Assembly: GCF_058153355.1 (NCBI RefSeq)
Contig: NZ_CM177019.1
Strand: one strand, 5' to 3'
Length of the DNA: 64,000 nucleotides
Part shown: one piece after another, positions 1-9,856 of the stretch
Layout of the letters: every line of letters starts with the position of its first letter
How positions within the stretch are numbered: position 1 is the first letter of the stretch
Position numbers and translations under genes: made by a program
The notes under the pieces: model-generated
The model's input: the letters and a program-made list of their open reading frames with translations, nothing else
The model's database searches: none
Told to the model about the DNA's origin: nothing

Positions 1-63
1 ATAGTCCTTCGCTCTCCGGCCACTTGCAGGCTATGATAGTTCTCCAGCCACAGGAGAACGTTA

Positions 64-957
64 ATGAAACCGCAGGTTTATCACGTCGATGCTTTTACCG
101 CTCAACCGTTTCGCGGCAATTCTGCCGGTGTTGTTTTTCCCGCCGATAAACTTAGCGAAGCGCAAATGCAGCTTATCGCCCGCGAATTAGGTCATTCGGA
201 AACTGCTTTTCTGCTGCACTGCGACGACAGCGATGTACACGTTCGATACTTTACGCCAACGGTTGAAGTGCCAATTTGCGGTCACGCAACGGTGGCTGCG
301 CACTATGTGCGTTCAAAGGTATTAGGTTTGGGAAATTGCACGGTCTGGCAAACGTCGCTGGCAGGAAAACATCGCGTGACTATCGAAAAGCACAACGATG
401 ATTATCGTATTTCGCTGGAACAAGGTACGCCGGGCTTTGAGCCACCGCTGGAAGGTGAAACACGTGCGGCGATTATCAACGCATTGCATCTTACCGAAGA
501 CAATATTCTGCCGGGTTTGCCAATCCAGGTGGCAACCACAGGACACTCAAAAGTGATGATCCCGTTGAAACCAGAAGTGGATATCGACGCCCTTTCGCCT
601 GACCTTGCTGCGCTGACCGCTATTAGTAAACAGATTGGCTGCAATGGTTTTTTCCCGTTCCAGATCCGCCCTGGCAAAAATGAAACCGATGGTCATATGT
701 TCTCACCAGCGATAGGTATTGTGGAAGATCCGGTGACCGGGAATGCCAATGGCCCGATGGGCGCATGGTTGGTACATCACAACTTACTACCCCATGATGG
801 CAGCGTGTTGCGTGTTAAAGGCCATCAGGGGCGCGCACTGGGGCGTGACGGCGTGATTGATGTGACGGTGACAATTCGAGATAACCAACCGGAGAAAGTT
901 ACCATTTCCGGCACGGCGGTGATTCTTTTCCATGCTGAATGGGCCATTGATTTTTGA
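64..957 (+). CDS. yddE: PhzF-family isomerase-like protein YddE
   Basis: 297-aa ORF from track; PhzF/DapF-like fold signature (CGHAT motif); conserved position next to nhoA as in K-12. Confidence 0.85.
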   Translation: MKPQVYHVDAFTAQPFRGNSAGVVFPADKLSEAQMQLIARELGHSETAFLLHCDDSDVHVRYFTPTVEVPICGHATVAAHYVRSKVLGLGNCTVWQTSLAGKHRVTIEKHNDDYRISLEQGTPGFEPPLEGETRAAIINALHLTEDNILPGLPIQVATTGHSKVMIPLKPEVDIDALSPDLAALTAISKQIGCNGFFPFQIRPGKNETDGHMFSPAIGIVEDPVTGNANGPMGAWLVHHNLLPHDGSVLRVKGHQGRALGRDGVIDVTVTIRDNQPEKVTISGTAVILFHAEWAIDF

Positions 958-964
958 TACCGTT

Positions 965-1040
965 GCCTGATGCGCTTCGCTTATCAGGCCTACAACCGGG
1001 CTAATGTGGGCCGGTTGTAGGCGTTTACGCCGCATCCGGC
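965..1040. repeat. REP/BIME element (two inverted palindromic units gcctgatgcg...cgcatccggc)
   Basis: Seen in sequence: GCCTGATGCG and its inverse GCCGCATCCGGC flanking a short spacer in the convergent yddE/nhoA intergenic region. Confidence 0.6.
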
Positions 1041-1052
1041 CCCTGGCACAAA

Positions 1053-1898
1053 CTATTTCCCCGCCTCCGGATGCGTATCAAACGCCGCCATCACCAACGC
1101 CAGTTCATCCACAGTAAAGCCATGCTTTGCGTCATCTACGCCCAGACCAAACTGCTCCTGCATCACGGCATATAACGACGCCACATCCGGTAGATTTCGC
1201 TGCTCCACTGCATGTCCATTTTCATAATGGGTGAAATGAAAATTGGTCAGTGTCAGTTTGCCACCGTCCGGCAAATGGCGGCACATCAGCAAATGATGGC
1301 GAAAATGCGATTGCGGCCAGTGCGCAGACCAGAAATTGCCCATTATATAATCGCTTTGTTGCTGCTCGCAGAGATCAAAACGGTACATCGACTGCCAGTG
1401 CTGATGATGATTAAACTGCAACACCCAATCATCACCCTCCTGTAACAACCGATACTCTCCGTGTGGCGTGATCTGCACGAGATCGGGAACTAAACGAATC
1501 GGCGCGGTTAGCGTCTGTCCACCGAAACCGACATCAGCAATCCATTTTTCCCCTTCCAGTTCCACCAACAACAAACGATGGGTGCGCGGCGGTAATGCTG
1601 GCGGATTAGATAACACTACGCGCCCTAACAGACTGCGTACCTGAAAACCCAGCTCGCGTAACACCCGCTCAAACACGCCATTCTGCTCAAAGCAGTAACC
1701 ACCACGCCGGGCGAGCACCAATTTCTCTTCCAGCGATTGATCATCAAGCTGCATTTCTCTCGGCAGTAAAACATCGAGATTTTCAAATGGAATGGTGCAA
1801 TTGTGTTTCAGGTGTAATGCGCGCAGCGTTTCGATATTGACCGCAGCCGCTCCCGACCAGTTAATGCGGGTAAAATAGTGATTCAGAATGGGCGTCAT
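1053..1898 (-). CDS. nhoA: N-hydroxyarylamine O-acetyltransferase
   Basis: 281-aa ORF, arylamine N-acetyltransferase family (catalytic Cys in GGYCFEQN context); expected length and neighbourhood. Confidence 0.9.
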   Translation of the reverse strand: MTPILNHYFTRINWSGAAAVNIETLRALHLKHNCTIPFENLDVLLPREMQLDDQSLEEKLVLARRGGYCFEQNGVFERVLRELGFQVRSLLGRVVLSNPPALPPRTHRLLLVELEGEKWIADVGFGGQTLTAPIRLVPDLVQITPHGEYRLLQEGDDWVLQFNHHQHWQSMYRFDLCEQQQSDYIMGNFWSAHWPQSHFRHHLLMCRHLPDGGKLTLTNFHFTHYENGHAVEQRNLPDVASLYAVMQEQFGLGVDDAKHGFTVDELALVMAAFDTHPEAGK

Positions 1899-2072
1899 CA
1901 GGCGTTTCCGTTTGTGGTTTTCTCAATTTATAACCTGGAATAGACGCCGCACCGGCTATTTTGTGCGATCGCGGACATGCATCACGTTCGCAAATCGCCA
2001 ATCCCGTTAATTTCGTTGCTTATTGCGTTACGAGCTACGCTTTTAAAACACCCTTCATAGCGAGGCGATATC

Positions 2073-2642
2073 GTGAGCCGATTCATCCCTGTCGAATTAC
2101 ACCATGCCAGCCGTCTGTTAAATCATGGCCCAACTGTCTTGATCACCAGTTTCGATGAGCAATCCCAGCGGCGTAACATTATGGCAGCAGCTTGGTCAAT
2201 GCCGGTGGAGTTTGAACCGCCACACGTGGCAATTGTGGTAGATAAATCGACATGGACCAGGGACTTGATTGAACGTAATGGTAAGTTTGGCATCGTTATC
2301 CCGGGTGTTGCAGCAACTAACTGGACGTGGGCGGTGGGAAGTGTCTCGGGTCGAGAAGAAGATAAATTTAATTGCTATGGCATTCCGGTTGTGAAAGGTC
2401 CGGTGCTTGGATTGCCGCTGGTTGAAGAGAAATGTCTGGCATGGATGGAGTGTCGATTGCTACCAGCGACTTCTGCGCAAGAAAAATACGATACGCTATT
2501 TGGCGAAGTGGTATCGGCAGCGGCAGACGCACGAGTATTTGTCGAAGGCCGCTGGCAGTTTGATGATGACAAACTCAATACACTACATCATTTAGGTGCT
2601 GGCACGTTTGTTACCAGCGGGAAGCGAGTTACGGCAGGTTAA
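2073..2642 (+). CDS. yddH: flavin reductase-like domain protein YddH
   Basis: 189-aa ORF; flavin reductase-like fold; K-12 synteny. Confidence 0.8.
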   Translation: MSRFIPVELHHASRLLNHGPTVLITSFDEQSQRRNIMAAAWSMPVEFEPPHVAIVVDKSTWTRDLIERNGKFGIVIPGVAATNWTWAVGSVSGREEDKFNCYGIPVVKGPVLGLPLVEEKCLAWMECRLLPATSAQEKYDTLFGEVVSAAADARVFVEGRWQFDDDKLNTLHHLGAGTFVTSGKRVTAG

Positions 2643-2645
2643 GCA

Positions 2646-2873
2646 TTACATGCTGTAACCAGGTTTCTTTATCAGCGTCTCCATTTGGGGCGCAATTTCG
2701 GCGTCCCAGACAGCTTGCCATGATTCTGGTTGAATCTGCTGTAGAGCAATGCTTATCGAACTGTCTTTACTGTTCAGATGGCGAATAATAACGTCGGTAA
2801 TATCTGCAGCAAGTGCTGCTTTTTGTTGTTCGTCCAGTTCACGTGGAAAACATTTAATGTCTATGTGCGGCAT
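2646..2873 (-). CDS. pptA: tautomerase PptA (4-oxalocrotonate tautomerase family)
   Basis: ORF-track entry 2646..2912 trimmed to internal Met giving MPHIDIKCF... (catalytic Pro1 after Met removal), 75 aa; CAT start codon on minus strand at 2871-2873. Confidence 0.85.
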   Translation of the reverse strand: MPHIDIKCFPRELDEQQKAALAADITDVIIRHLNSKDSSISIALQQIQPESWQAVWDAEIAPQMETLIKKPGYSM

Positions 2874-3177
2874 GATTGTGCTCCTTTTGAAAGATGTCAG
2901 TAAAATTAACACACGTTGTGAATGTTATGTGTCCGGTGATGCTTTTTTACGGCAATAATGCCTACTTGAATTTGTACAGATTTGTACTACACCCTTTTAA
3001 ATAAAGCGCCAACAAAAAACGTCAACTTGCAGAATATATTCTTCGCCAACATGCCATTAAGAAACATCAAGTTCCCGGCTTGCCAATTTATTAACGCCCA
3101 TTATAGTTATTCTTGCCCTCACAAAAATTTTCATCCGTAATTACCCCCAATAAAAGTCCATTCTGGAGACGCTTAAG

Positions 3178-5154
3178 ATGCAGCTTAATCATATTGTTAA
3201 AAGTCTGCTAATAACGGGATTATTCACCACCAGTTCTTTGCCACTCCTCGCGGCGGAAGCCCCTAAAGACGCCACCGCAGCCACGCAACAAGCAAACAAT
3301 TTACTCTACAACCAGTTGCCGTTTTCTGATAACACTGACTTTACTGATGCCCATAAAGGTTTTGTTGCCCCTATCCCTCAAGACGTGATTAAGGGCGAAA
3401 AAGGAAATGTTATCTGGGATCCACAACAATACGCTTTTATTAAAGAAGGTGATAAAGCCCCTGATACGGTGAATCCAAGTTTATGGCGTCAGGCGCAACT
3501 GATAAATATCAGCGGATTATTTGAAGTGACTGAAGGTGTCTATCAGATTCGTAACCTCGATTTATCAAATATGACCATCATTGAAGGCAAAGAGGGTATT
3601 ACCATCGTTGATCCCCTTGTTTCAGCAGAAAGAGCCAAAGTGGGTATGGATCTCTATTACAAAAATCGCGACAAAAAACCGGTAGTAGCGGTTATCTACA
3701 CACACAGTCATGTCGATCACTACGGTGGTGTTCGCGGCGTAATTGATGAAGCTGACGTTAAATCAGGCAAAGTTAAAATCTACGCGCCAGCCGGATTTTT
3801 GGAGGAAGCCGTTTCCGAAAATATTATGGCTGGCAATGTGATGAGCCGACGAGCCAGTTATATGTATGGCAACTTATTGAAACCTGATGTTAAAGGCCAG
3901 GTTGGCGCGGGACTGGGAACAACCACTTCAGCAGGAACGGTCACGTTGATTGCTCCTACTAACTACATCACCAAAACCGGACAAAAAGAAACTATTGACG
4001 GGTTGACCTATGATTTCTTGATGGCGCCAGGCTCTGAAGCACCTTCTGAAATGCTGTGGTTTATTGAAGAAAAGAAACTGATCGAAACCGCCGAAGATGT
4101 TACGCATACCCTTCATAACACCTATTCGCTGCGTGGGGCTAAAATTCGCCAACCGCTGCCGTGGTCAAAATATATTAACGAAGCTCTCAATTTATGGGGA
4201 GATAAAGCCGAGATTATTCTCGCTCAACATCACTGGCCAACCTGGGGCAACGATAACGTGGTCAAACTGCTTAAAAGCCAGCGTGATTTGTATCGTTACA
4301 TCAATGATCAAACTCTGCGTATGGCAAATCAAGGGATGACCCGTGATGAAATTGCCGCAAACTTTAAACTGCCCTCTTCACTGGCTAATACCTGGGCGAA
4401 TCGCGGCTATTACGGTTCGGTAAGTCATGACGTGAAAGCAACTTACGTGCTTTATCTCGGCTGGTTTGATGGTAACCCCGCGACGCTTGATGAACTGCCA
4501 CCAGAAGAAGGCGCAAAAAAATTCGTCGAGTATATGGGCGGTGCTGATGCCATTTTACAGAAAGCCAAACAAGATTATGACCAGGGTAATTTCCGCTGGG
4601 TTGCTCAGGTTGTAAGTAAGGTGGTGTTTGCGGATCCAAACAACCAGGCAGCGAGAAATCTGGAAGCTGATGCGCTTGAGCAGTTAGGCTATCAGGCTGA
4701 ATCTGGGCCGTGGCGTAATTTTTATCTCACAGGCGCACAGGAATTGCGTAATGGCGTACAAAAATTACCAACACCAAATACTGCCAGCCCTGACACCGTG
4801 CGTGCAATGACGCCAGAGATGTTCTTTGATTATCTTGCCGTCCATATTAATGGTGAGAAAGCGGCAGATGCCAAAGCTGTACTGAATTTCGATTTTGGTG
4901 AAGATGGCGGCACCTATAAAGTGGAGCTTGAAAATGGTGTTCTCAATCATACCGATGGTGTAAAGGCTTCGGATGCTGATGCCACTATCACTCTGTCTCG
5001 TGATGTATTGAACAAAATTGTACTAAAAGAAGAGACGCTGAAAGAAGCCACGGACAAAGGAGATGTCAAAATTACTGGCAATGCGGAAAAACTCAACGAG
5101 CTGTTAGGTTATATGGATAATTTTGAATTTTGGTTCAATATAGTGACACCATAA
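3178..5154 (+). CDS. secreted alkyl/aryl-sulfatase homologue (metallo-beta-lactamase fold, YjcS/SdsA1-like); accessory gene absent from K-12 at this locus
   Basis: 658 aa; N-terminal signal peptide (MQLNHIVKSLLITGLFTTSSLPLLAAEAP); metallo-beta-lactamase metal motif THSHVDHYGG; overall length and C-terminal region consistent with alkyl sulfatase dimerisation and SCP2-like domains; GGAGA RBS upstream. Confidence 0.8.
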   Translation: MQLNHIVKSLLITGLFTTSSLPLLAAEAPKDATAATQQANNLLYNQLPFSDNTDFTDAHKGFVAPIPQDVIKGEKGNVIWDPQQYAFIKEGDKAPDTVNPSLWRQAQLINISGLFEVTEGVYQIRNLDLSNMTIIEGKEGITIVDPLVSAERAKVGMDLYYKNRDKKPVVAVIYTHSHVDHYGGVRGVIDEADVKSGKVKIYAPAGFLEEAVSENIMAGNVMSRRASYMYGNLLKPDVKGQVGAGLGTTTSAGTVTLIAPTNYITKTGQKETIDGLTYDFLMAPGSEAPSEMLWFIEEKKLIETAEDVTHTLHNTYSLRGAKIRQPLPWSKYINEALNLWGDKAEIILAQHHWPTWGNDNVVKLLKSQRDLYRYINDQTLRMANQGMTRDEIAANFKLPSSLANTWANRGYYGSVSHDVKATYVLYLGWFDGNPATLDELPPEEGAKKFVEYMGGADAILQKAKQDYDQGNFRWVAQVVSKVVFADPNNQAARNLEADALEQLGYQAESGPWRNFYLTGAQELRNGVQKLPTPNTASPDTVRAMTPEMFFDYLAVHINGEKAADAKAVLNFDFGEDGGTYKVELENGVLNHTDGVKASDADATITLSRDVLNKIVLKEETLKEATDKGDVKITGNAEKLNELLGYMDNFEFWFNIVTP

Positions 5155-5165
5155 ATTTACTGTAT

Positions 5166-5192
5166 ACCGGGCAGGTATCCTGCCCTTTTTTG
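5166..5192 (+). terminator. intrinsic terminator after sulfatase gene
   Basis: GGGCAGG-tatc-CTGCCC hairpin followed by TTTTTT, 12 nt downstream of the stop codon. Confidence 0.65.
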
Positions 5193-5200
5193 GTTAAAAA

Positions 5201-6298
5201 ATGGCTGAACAAAGAAAAACGCATCACTCGTGGAAAACCCGCCGCGATATGGTTATTCGCGGCATGACGATTAGTTTGCCATGGTTTGCTTTTATCAATG
5301 TCAGTTTTGCATTGATGATTTTGCTGCGCCGTGTTCTGTTTAATGACCTTACTCCTCCCTGGTTAAATGAAAAAAGCCTTATACATTCTATTGATATATC
5401 TGCAACGGGTATTCTGCTGATTTGCAGTGGTTTACTACTCATCCCTCGGCAAAAAACATTACCTATCCAGGTGCTATTAGTTGCCCTGAGCCTGCTATGG
5501 TCATGGTGTAGTTATCACTTTATTGCGTACTGGACGCTGCAGTTTGCTTATCCACTATGTGTATTATTAATGCTTAGTGGCGTTGTCGCACTTTATTTCC
5601 ATACCCCATCATTGCTCGCATTTGTCATTCCCTTATGGTTCACCACTCCAATAGCGAGCCTTATGCTTAATCAACAGGTTAATATTCATTTTGCTGTTAT
5701 CTGGTGTATTTTTTCACTGGCGTTATATGGTGGGCGACTCATTTTGTTACGTTGGTTTGAAGAAGCATGGGAACAAAACAGCTATAACAACCAGTTAATT
5801 AATCGCCTTGATGCATTAGCACATCGTGATCCTTTAACTGGGATAGCAAACCGACGAGCAATGAACAGTATCTTACACGACGCGATAGATAACGGCGGGT
5901 CATTTGCTCTTATTATGCTGGATGTCGATTTTTTTAAACGCTACAACGACACCTACGGGCATCCTGCTGGGGATCGTTGTCTGATACAAGTTGCCGACGC
6001 TCTACAGCATTCAACTCGCCAGTCGGAGGATGTTGTTGTCCGTTATGGTGGCGAAGAGTTTGCCATCATACTTTTTAATGCAACATTGCCGGAAGCAGAG
6101 ACGGTAGCAGCCAGAGTGAAGCAAGAACTTAAACTGGCAGCTATCCCGCATCAGGCATCTGCTGTTAATGCATTCGTTACGGTTAGTCAGGGGATTACCT
6201 GTTCAGCTCCCGCAAAAACGGCTGAACAAATTATTTCAGATGCCGACGCCGCGTTATACCGGGCGAAAGAAAGTGGGCGAAATCGATGGGAAAAATAA
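5201..6298 (+). CDS. membrane-anchored diguanylate cyclase (GGDEF domain, GGEEF active site); accessory, not one of the K-12 DGCs
   Basis: 365-aa ORF; N-terminal about 200 aa strongly hydrophobic (multiple predicted TM helices); C-terminal GGDEF domain with RYGGEEF motif, DxLTG-like HRDPLTGIANRR upstream; true start may be an internal Met (codon 17 or 22). Confidence 0.8.
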   Translation: MAEQRKTHHSWKTRRDMVIRGMTISLPWFAFINVSFALMILLRRVLFNDLTPPWLNEKSLIHSIDISATGILLICSGLLLIPRQKTLPIQVLLVALSLLWSWCSYHFIAYWTLQFAYPLCVLLMLSGVVALYFHTPSLLAFVIPLWFTTPIASLMLNQQVNIHFAVIWCIFSLALYGGRLILLRWFEEAWEQNSYNNQLINRLDALAHRDPLTGIANRRAMNSILHDAIDNGGSFALIMLDVDFFKRYNDTYGHPAGDRCLIQVADALQHSTRQSEDVVVRYGGEEFAIILFNATLPEAETVAARVKQELKLAAIPHQASAVNAFVTVSQGITCSAPAKTAEQIISDADAALYRAKESGRNRWEK

Positions 6299-6916
6299 TT
6301 AAATGATTCCATTCCTCTTTAGTATCCCTTTTAGCTTTGGTATCTGACATACAGCATCAGCGATCGCACTGATATTCGTGGCATTATCCTGAAACCATTC
6401 ATGCCCAGGCCCCCATGTGCGCATAGTGCAAAGATAACAGTCCACCAGCGTTAGTTGCTCACCAAACGCATAAGGTTCAGCGGTCAATTGTGAATTCAGC
6501 CAGATATAAAGCGATTTGCGATATTCAATAACATTCTTCTTCAACTGTTCAGGTGCGTCAGGAGCCCAACGCTCAGGGTAATCGGCGAAGGTAAACGTTG
6601 GATAGACATTAGCGACCAGCCAGACCAATAACCGTTGAAACTGCTGACGTTCGGCGTGCCCAATCGGTGGCGAAAAATTCGGGTGGCGGTCGAGAACCAT
6701 CAATGCAATCGCCGCTGTCTCCGTCATAATCTCGCCATTTTCCAGCACCATTGTCGGAATCTGGCACAACGGGTTCAGGTTTTTCAGTATCTCGCGAGAA
6801 GTTCCCTCGCGATCAAACCCACTGACATCAACGAACTGATAAGGAATATCAGCCAGTGATAGCATCAGCTCACTGATTGTAGAGCCCCATCCGGGTACGC
6901 CATACACCTTAATCAT
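6299..6916 (-). CDS. yncG: glutathione S-transferase homologue YncG
   Basis: 205-aa ORF, GST fold; adjacent to ansP as in K-12. Confidence 0.85.
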   Translation of the reverse strand: MIKVYGVPGWGSTISELMLSLADIPYQFVDVSGFDREGTSREILKNLNPLCQIPTMVLENGEIMTETAAIALMVLDRHPNFSPPIGHAERQQFQRLLVWLVANVYPTFTFADYPERWAPDAPEQLKKNVIEYRKSLYIWLNSQLTAEPYAFGEQLTLVDCYLCTMRTWGPGHEWFQDNATNISAIADAVCQIPKLKGILKRNGII

Positions 6917-7182
6917 ATGCCCCTCACAATCTTTTAAAGATTAAGTGTAGGACAGTACACAGGTTAACCAGCAAAAGGATTTGTCATTTTTTCGTCAGTT
7001 GTATTATTCCCCTTCAGGATTGTAAGGGGATGTTTTGCATCGTTTATCGATAACGGGTAGGATGCTGCGCCGATAGTTTTATACCCATAAAGAATAATGG
7101 TGATAACTATCATCGCCAGGATGAATAAACATTGTTCATGGCAACTTATATGACTTTTTCATTAAAGCAATCAGGGAGAGCA

Positions 7183-8682
7183 ATGAGTAAACACGACACC
7201 GACACTTCAGATCAACACGCCGCGAAACGTCGCTGGCTTAATGCCCACGAAGAGGGGTATCACAAAGCGATGGGCAATCGCCAGGTACAGATGATCGCCA
7301 TTGGCGGCGCGATTGGCACCGGCTTGTTTTTAGGTGCAGGAGCCCGACTGCAAATGGCGGGGCCAGCACTGGCACTGGTCTATTTAATCTGCGGCCTGTT
7401 TTCATTTTTTATTCTGCGTGCATTGGGTGAGCTGGTGCTACACCGGCCTTCCAGTGGCAGTTTTGTCTCTTATGCCCGTGAGTTTTTAGGAGAGAAAGCC
7501 GCTTACGTTGCAGGCTGGATGTACTTCATCAACTGGGCGATGACGGGGATTGTCGATATTACCGCCGTCGCGCTGTATATGCATTACTGGGGTGCGTTTG
7601 GCGGCGTGCCGCAGTGGGTCTTTGCGCTCGCTGCGCTGACCATCGTTGGCACCATGAATATGATCGGTGTGAAATGGTTTGCGGAGATGGAGTTCTGGTT
7701 TGCGCTTATTAAAGTGCTCGCCATTGTGACCTTTTTGGTCGTGGGTACAGTGTTCCTCGGTAGTGGTCAGCCGCTGGATGGCAACACCACTGGCTTTCAT
7801 TTAATCACCGATAATGGCGGCTTCTTCCCCCATGGTTTGCTACCTGCGCTGGTATTGATTCAGGGCGTAGTGTTTGCTTTTGCCTCCATTGAAATGGTGG
7901 GTACAGCTGCCGGAGAATGTAAAGATCCTCAGACCATGGTGCCTAAAGCCATTAACAGTGTGATTTGGCGTATTGGCCTGTTTTACGTCGGCTCCGTGGT
8001 GTTGCTGGTTATGTTATTGCCGTGGAGTGCGTATCAGGCTGGGCAAAGTCCGTTTGTGACGTTCTTTTCCAAACTGGGCGTGCCGTACATCGGCAGCATT
8101 ATGAACATTGTGGTGCTGACCGCTGCGCTCTCCAGCCTGAACTCAGGTCTGTACTGCACCGGACGTATTCTGCGCTCGATGGCGATGGGCGGTTCCGCAC
8201 CGAGTTTTATGGCGAAAATGAGCCGTCAGCATGTGCCGTATGCCGGGATCCTGGCGACGCTGGTCGTTTATGTTGTTGGCGTATTCCTTAACTATCTGGT
8301 GCCGTCGCGCGTATTTGAGATTGTGTTGAACTTCGCGTCGCTGGGAATCATCGCTTCATGGGCGTTTATCATCGTGTGCCAGATGCGCCTGCGTAAAGCG
8401 ATTAAAGAAGGCAAAGCAGCGGATGTCAGTTTTAAACTGCCTGGCGCGCCCTTCACTTCCTGGCTGACATTACTGTTTTTACTGAGTGTCCTTGTGCTGA
8501 TGGCGTTTGATTACCCGAACGGGACTTATACCATTGCGGCGCTGCCGATTATCGGTATTCTGCTGGTTATAGGCTGGTTTGGTGTGCGCAAACGCGTTGC
8601 TGAAATTCACAGCACTGCGCCAGTCGTCGAGGAAGATGAAGAACAACAGGAAATTGTGTTTAAGCCAGAGACGGCGAGTTAA
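7183..8682 (+). CDS. ansP: L-asparagine permease (APC family amino-acid transporter)
   Basis: ORF-track 7132..8682 trimmed to Met with GGGAGAG RBS (MSKHDTDTS...), 499 aa; 12-TM APC transporter sequence. Confidence 0.9.
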   Translation: MSKHDTDTSDQHAAKRRWLNAHEEGYHKAMGNRQVQMIAIGGAIGTGLFLGAGARLQMAGPALALVYLICGLFSFFILRALGELVLHRPSSGSFVSYAREFLGEKAAYVAGWMYFINWAMTGIVDITAVALYMHYWGAFGGVPQWVFALAALTIVGTMNMIGVKWFAEMEFWFALIKVLAIVTFLVVGTVFLGSGQPLDGNTTGFHLITDNGGFFPHGLLPALVLIQGVVFAFASIEMVGTAAGECKDPQTMVPKAINSVIWRIGLFYVGSVVLLVMLLPWSAYQAGQSPFVTFFSKLGVPYIGSIMNIVVLTAALSSLNSGLYCTGRILRSMAMGGSAPSFMAKMSRQHVPYAGILATLVVYVVGVFLNYLVPSRVFEIVLNFASLGIIASWAFIIVCQMRLRKAIKEGKAADVSFKLPGAPFTSWLTLLFLLSVLVLMAFDYPNGTYTIAALPIIGILLVIGWFGVRKRVAEIHSTAPVVEEDEEQQEIVFKPETAS

Positions 8683-8690
8683 TTGCAAAA

Positions 8691-8718
8691 TTGCCCGGCT
8701 ATGTGCCGGGCAAATTCA
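8691..8718. terminator. bidirectional hairpin terminator between convergent ansP and yncE
   Basis: GCCCGGC-tatgt-GCCGGGC stem-loop flanked by A/T runs. Confidence 0.55.
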
Positions 8719-8794
8719 GATTAGAAACGAGGGTGCCGGATGCGGCGTGATAAAAGTCAGGCAAGTCTCTCAGTTTTCACCCTCGCCATATCTA

Positions 8795-9856
8795 TTACAA
8801 CGCAATACGAATCACATCGTCCGGCTGAGTAGCTTCCTGCTGTTTAGTGGATTTTTGTTTCACACTGACATACAGCGTTTTGCCATCGGCAGACAGCGCC
8901 AGGCTGTTCGGATGGGTCGGCGTATCGAACGTTTTCACCACTTTATAGCTTTTCGCGTCAATCACACTGACTTTACCTGCCTGACGATGCGTTACGTAGG
9001 CTTCATTACGCGCTGGGTTAAACAGCACAGCCAGTGATTCCGGTGCCGCAACCTTCGCCAGAATATTGCCATTACGGGTATCGACCACTAGCACTTCTGC
9101 CGCTTTAGAATCGGTGATAAATGCACGCTGCCTGGCGGTATCGAGGCTGATGTTGATAAAGAAGTGCTCTTTGCCATCATCCAGCAGCTTTTTACGGCTG
9201 AGGATTTTATTGTCGGCGGTGTCGATGGTAATCAATTCACCATCGGCATTAGTGGTGTAAAGACGTTTGCCTTTGCTATCCAGCGCCAGACCGGTACTCA
9301 TTTTACCGGTGTTCTGGATGGCGGTTTTCAGTTTGATATTCTCGCCATCAACGACCCAAATCACGCTCTCTTTACCAATACCACTGATGTAAACGGTGTT
9401 CGTGGCATCATCAGCTACCAGCTCACGCGGTTGCAGCGGGCGCACCTCTTCCGTGCGCTTACGATCATCCAGCACCAGACGGCCTTTCACTTCGCCCGTT
9501 TTGGCATCTATCGCCGTGACCGCGCTGTTTACGGTGTTACCAAACCACAACGTCTGAGTCGTGTTATTGATGGTGGCACCAAACGGCTTGAGATCGTTAT
9601 GGATCGCCTGCGTCACTTCCAGAGTGACCGGATCAAGACGATAAACCACGCCACCTTTATCCAGTTTGCGGCTTTGCGAAGTGGCGAGCCACAGCGCGTT
9701 TTCTTGCTGGCTATAAGCCATTTCGTAGGCACCTTTACCTACCGCTTTACGCAGCATTTCTTCTGCGGCCTGCGTACTGAATGATGAAGCAACAAGCAAT
9801 GAACCTAACAGTAATGAACCACGCAGGCGCGATGAAAACAGATGACGTAAATGCAT
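8795..9856 (-). CDS. yncE: periplasmic PQQ-like beta-propeller protein YncE
   Basis: 353 aa with signal peptide; repeated beta-propeller blades; K-12 synteny. Confidence 0.9.
   Translation of the reverse strand: MHLRHLFSSRLRGSLLLGSLLVASSFSTQAAEEMLRKAVGKGAYEMAYSQQENALWLATSQSRKLDKGGVVYRLDPVTLEVTQAIHNDLKPFGATINNTTQTLWFGNTVNSAVTAIDAKTGEVKGRLVLDDRKRTEEVRPLQPRELVADDATNTVYISGIGKESVIWVVDGENIKLKTAIQNTGKMSTGLALDSKGKRLYTTNADGELITIDTADNKILSRKKLLDDGKEHFFINISLDTARQRAFITDSKAAEVLVVDTRNGNILAKVAAPESLAVLFNPARNEAYVTHRQAGKVSVIDAKSYKVVKTFDTPTHPNSLALSADGKTLYVSVKQKSTKQQEATQPDDVIRIAL

Noticed and set aside
5224-5442. 72-aa minus-strand ORF considered as a possible yncH homologue
   Set aside because: Lies inside and antisense to the diguanylate cyclase N-terminus; no recognisable features; yncH appears absent from this strain
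7008-7030. Short inverted repeat TCCCCTTCAGGATTGTAAGGGGA in the yncG/ansP intergenic region, considered as a terminator or riboswitch fragment
   Set aside because: Sits in a divergent promoter region with no following U-tract on either strand; too short to call
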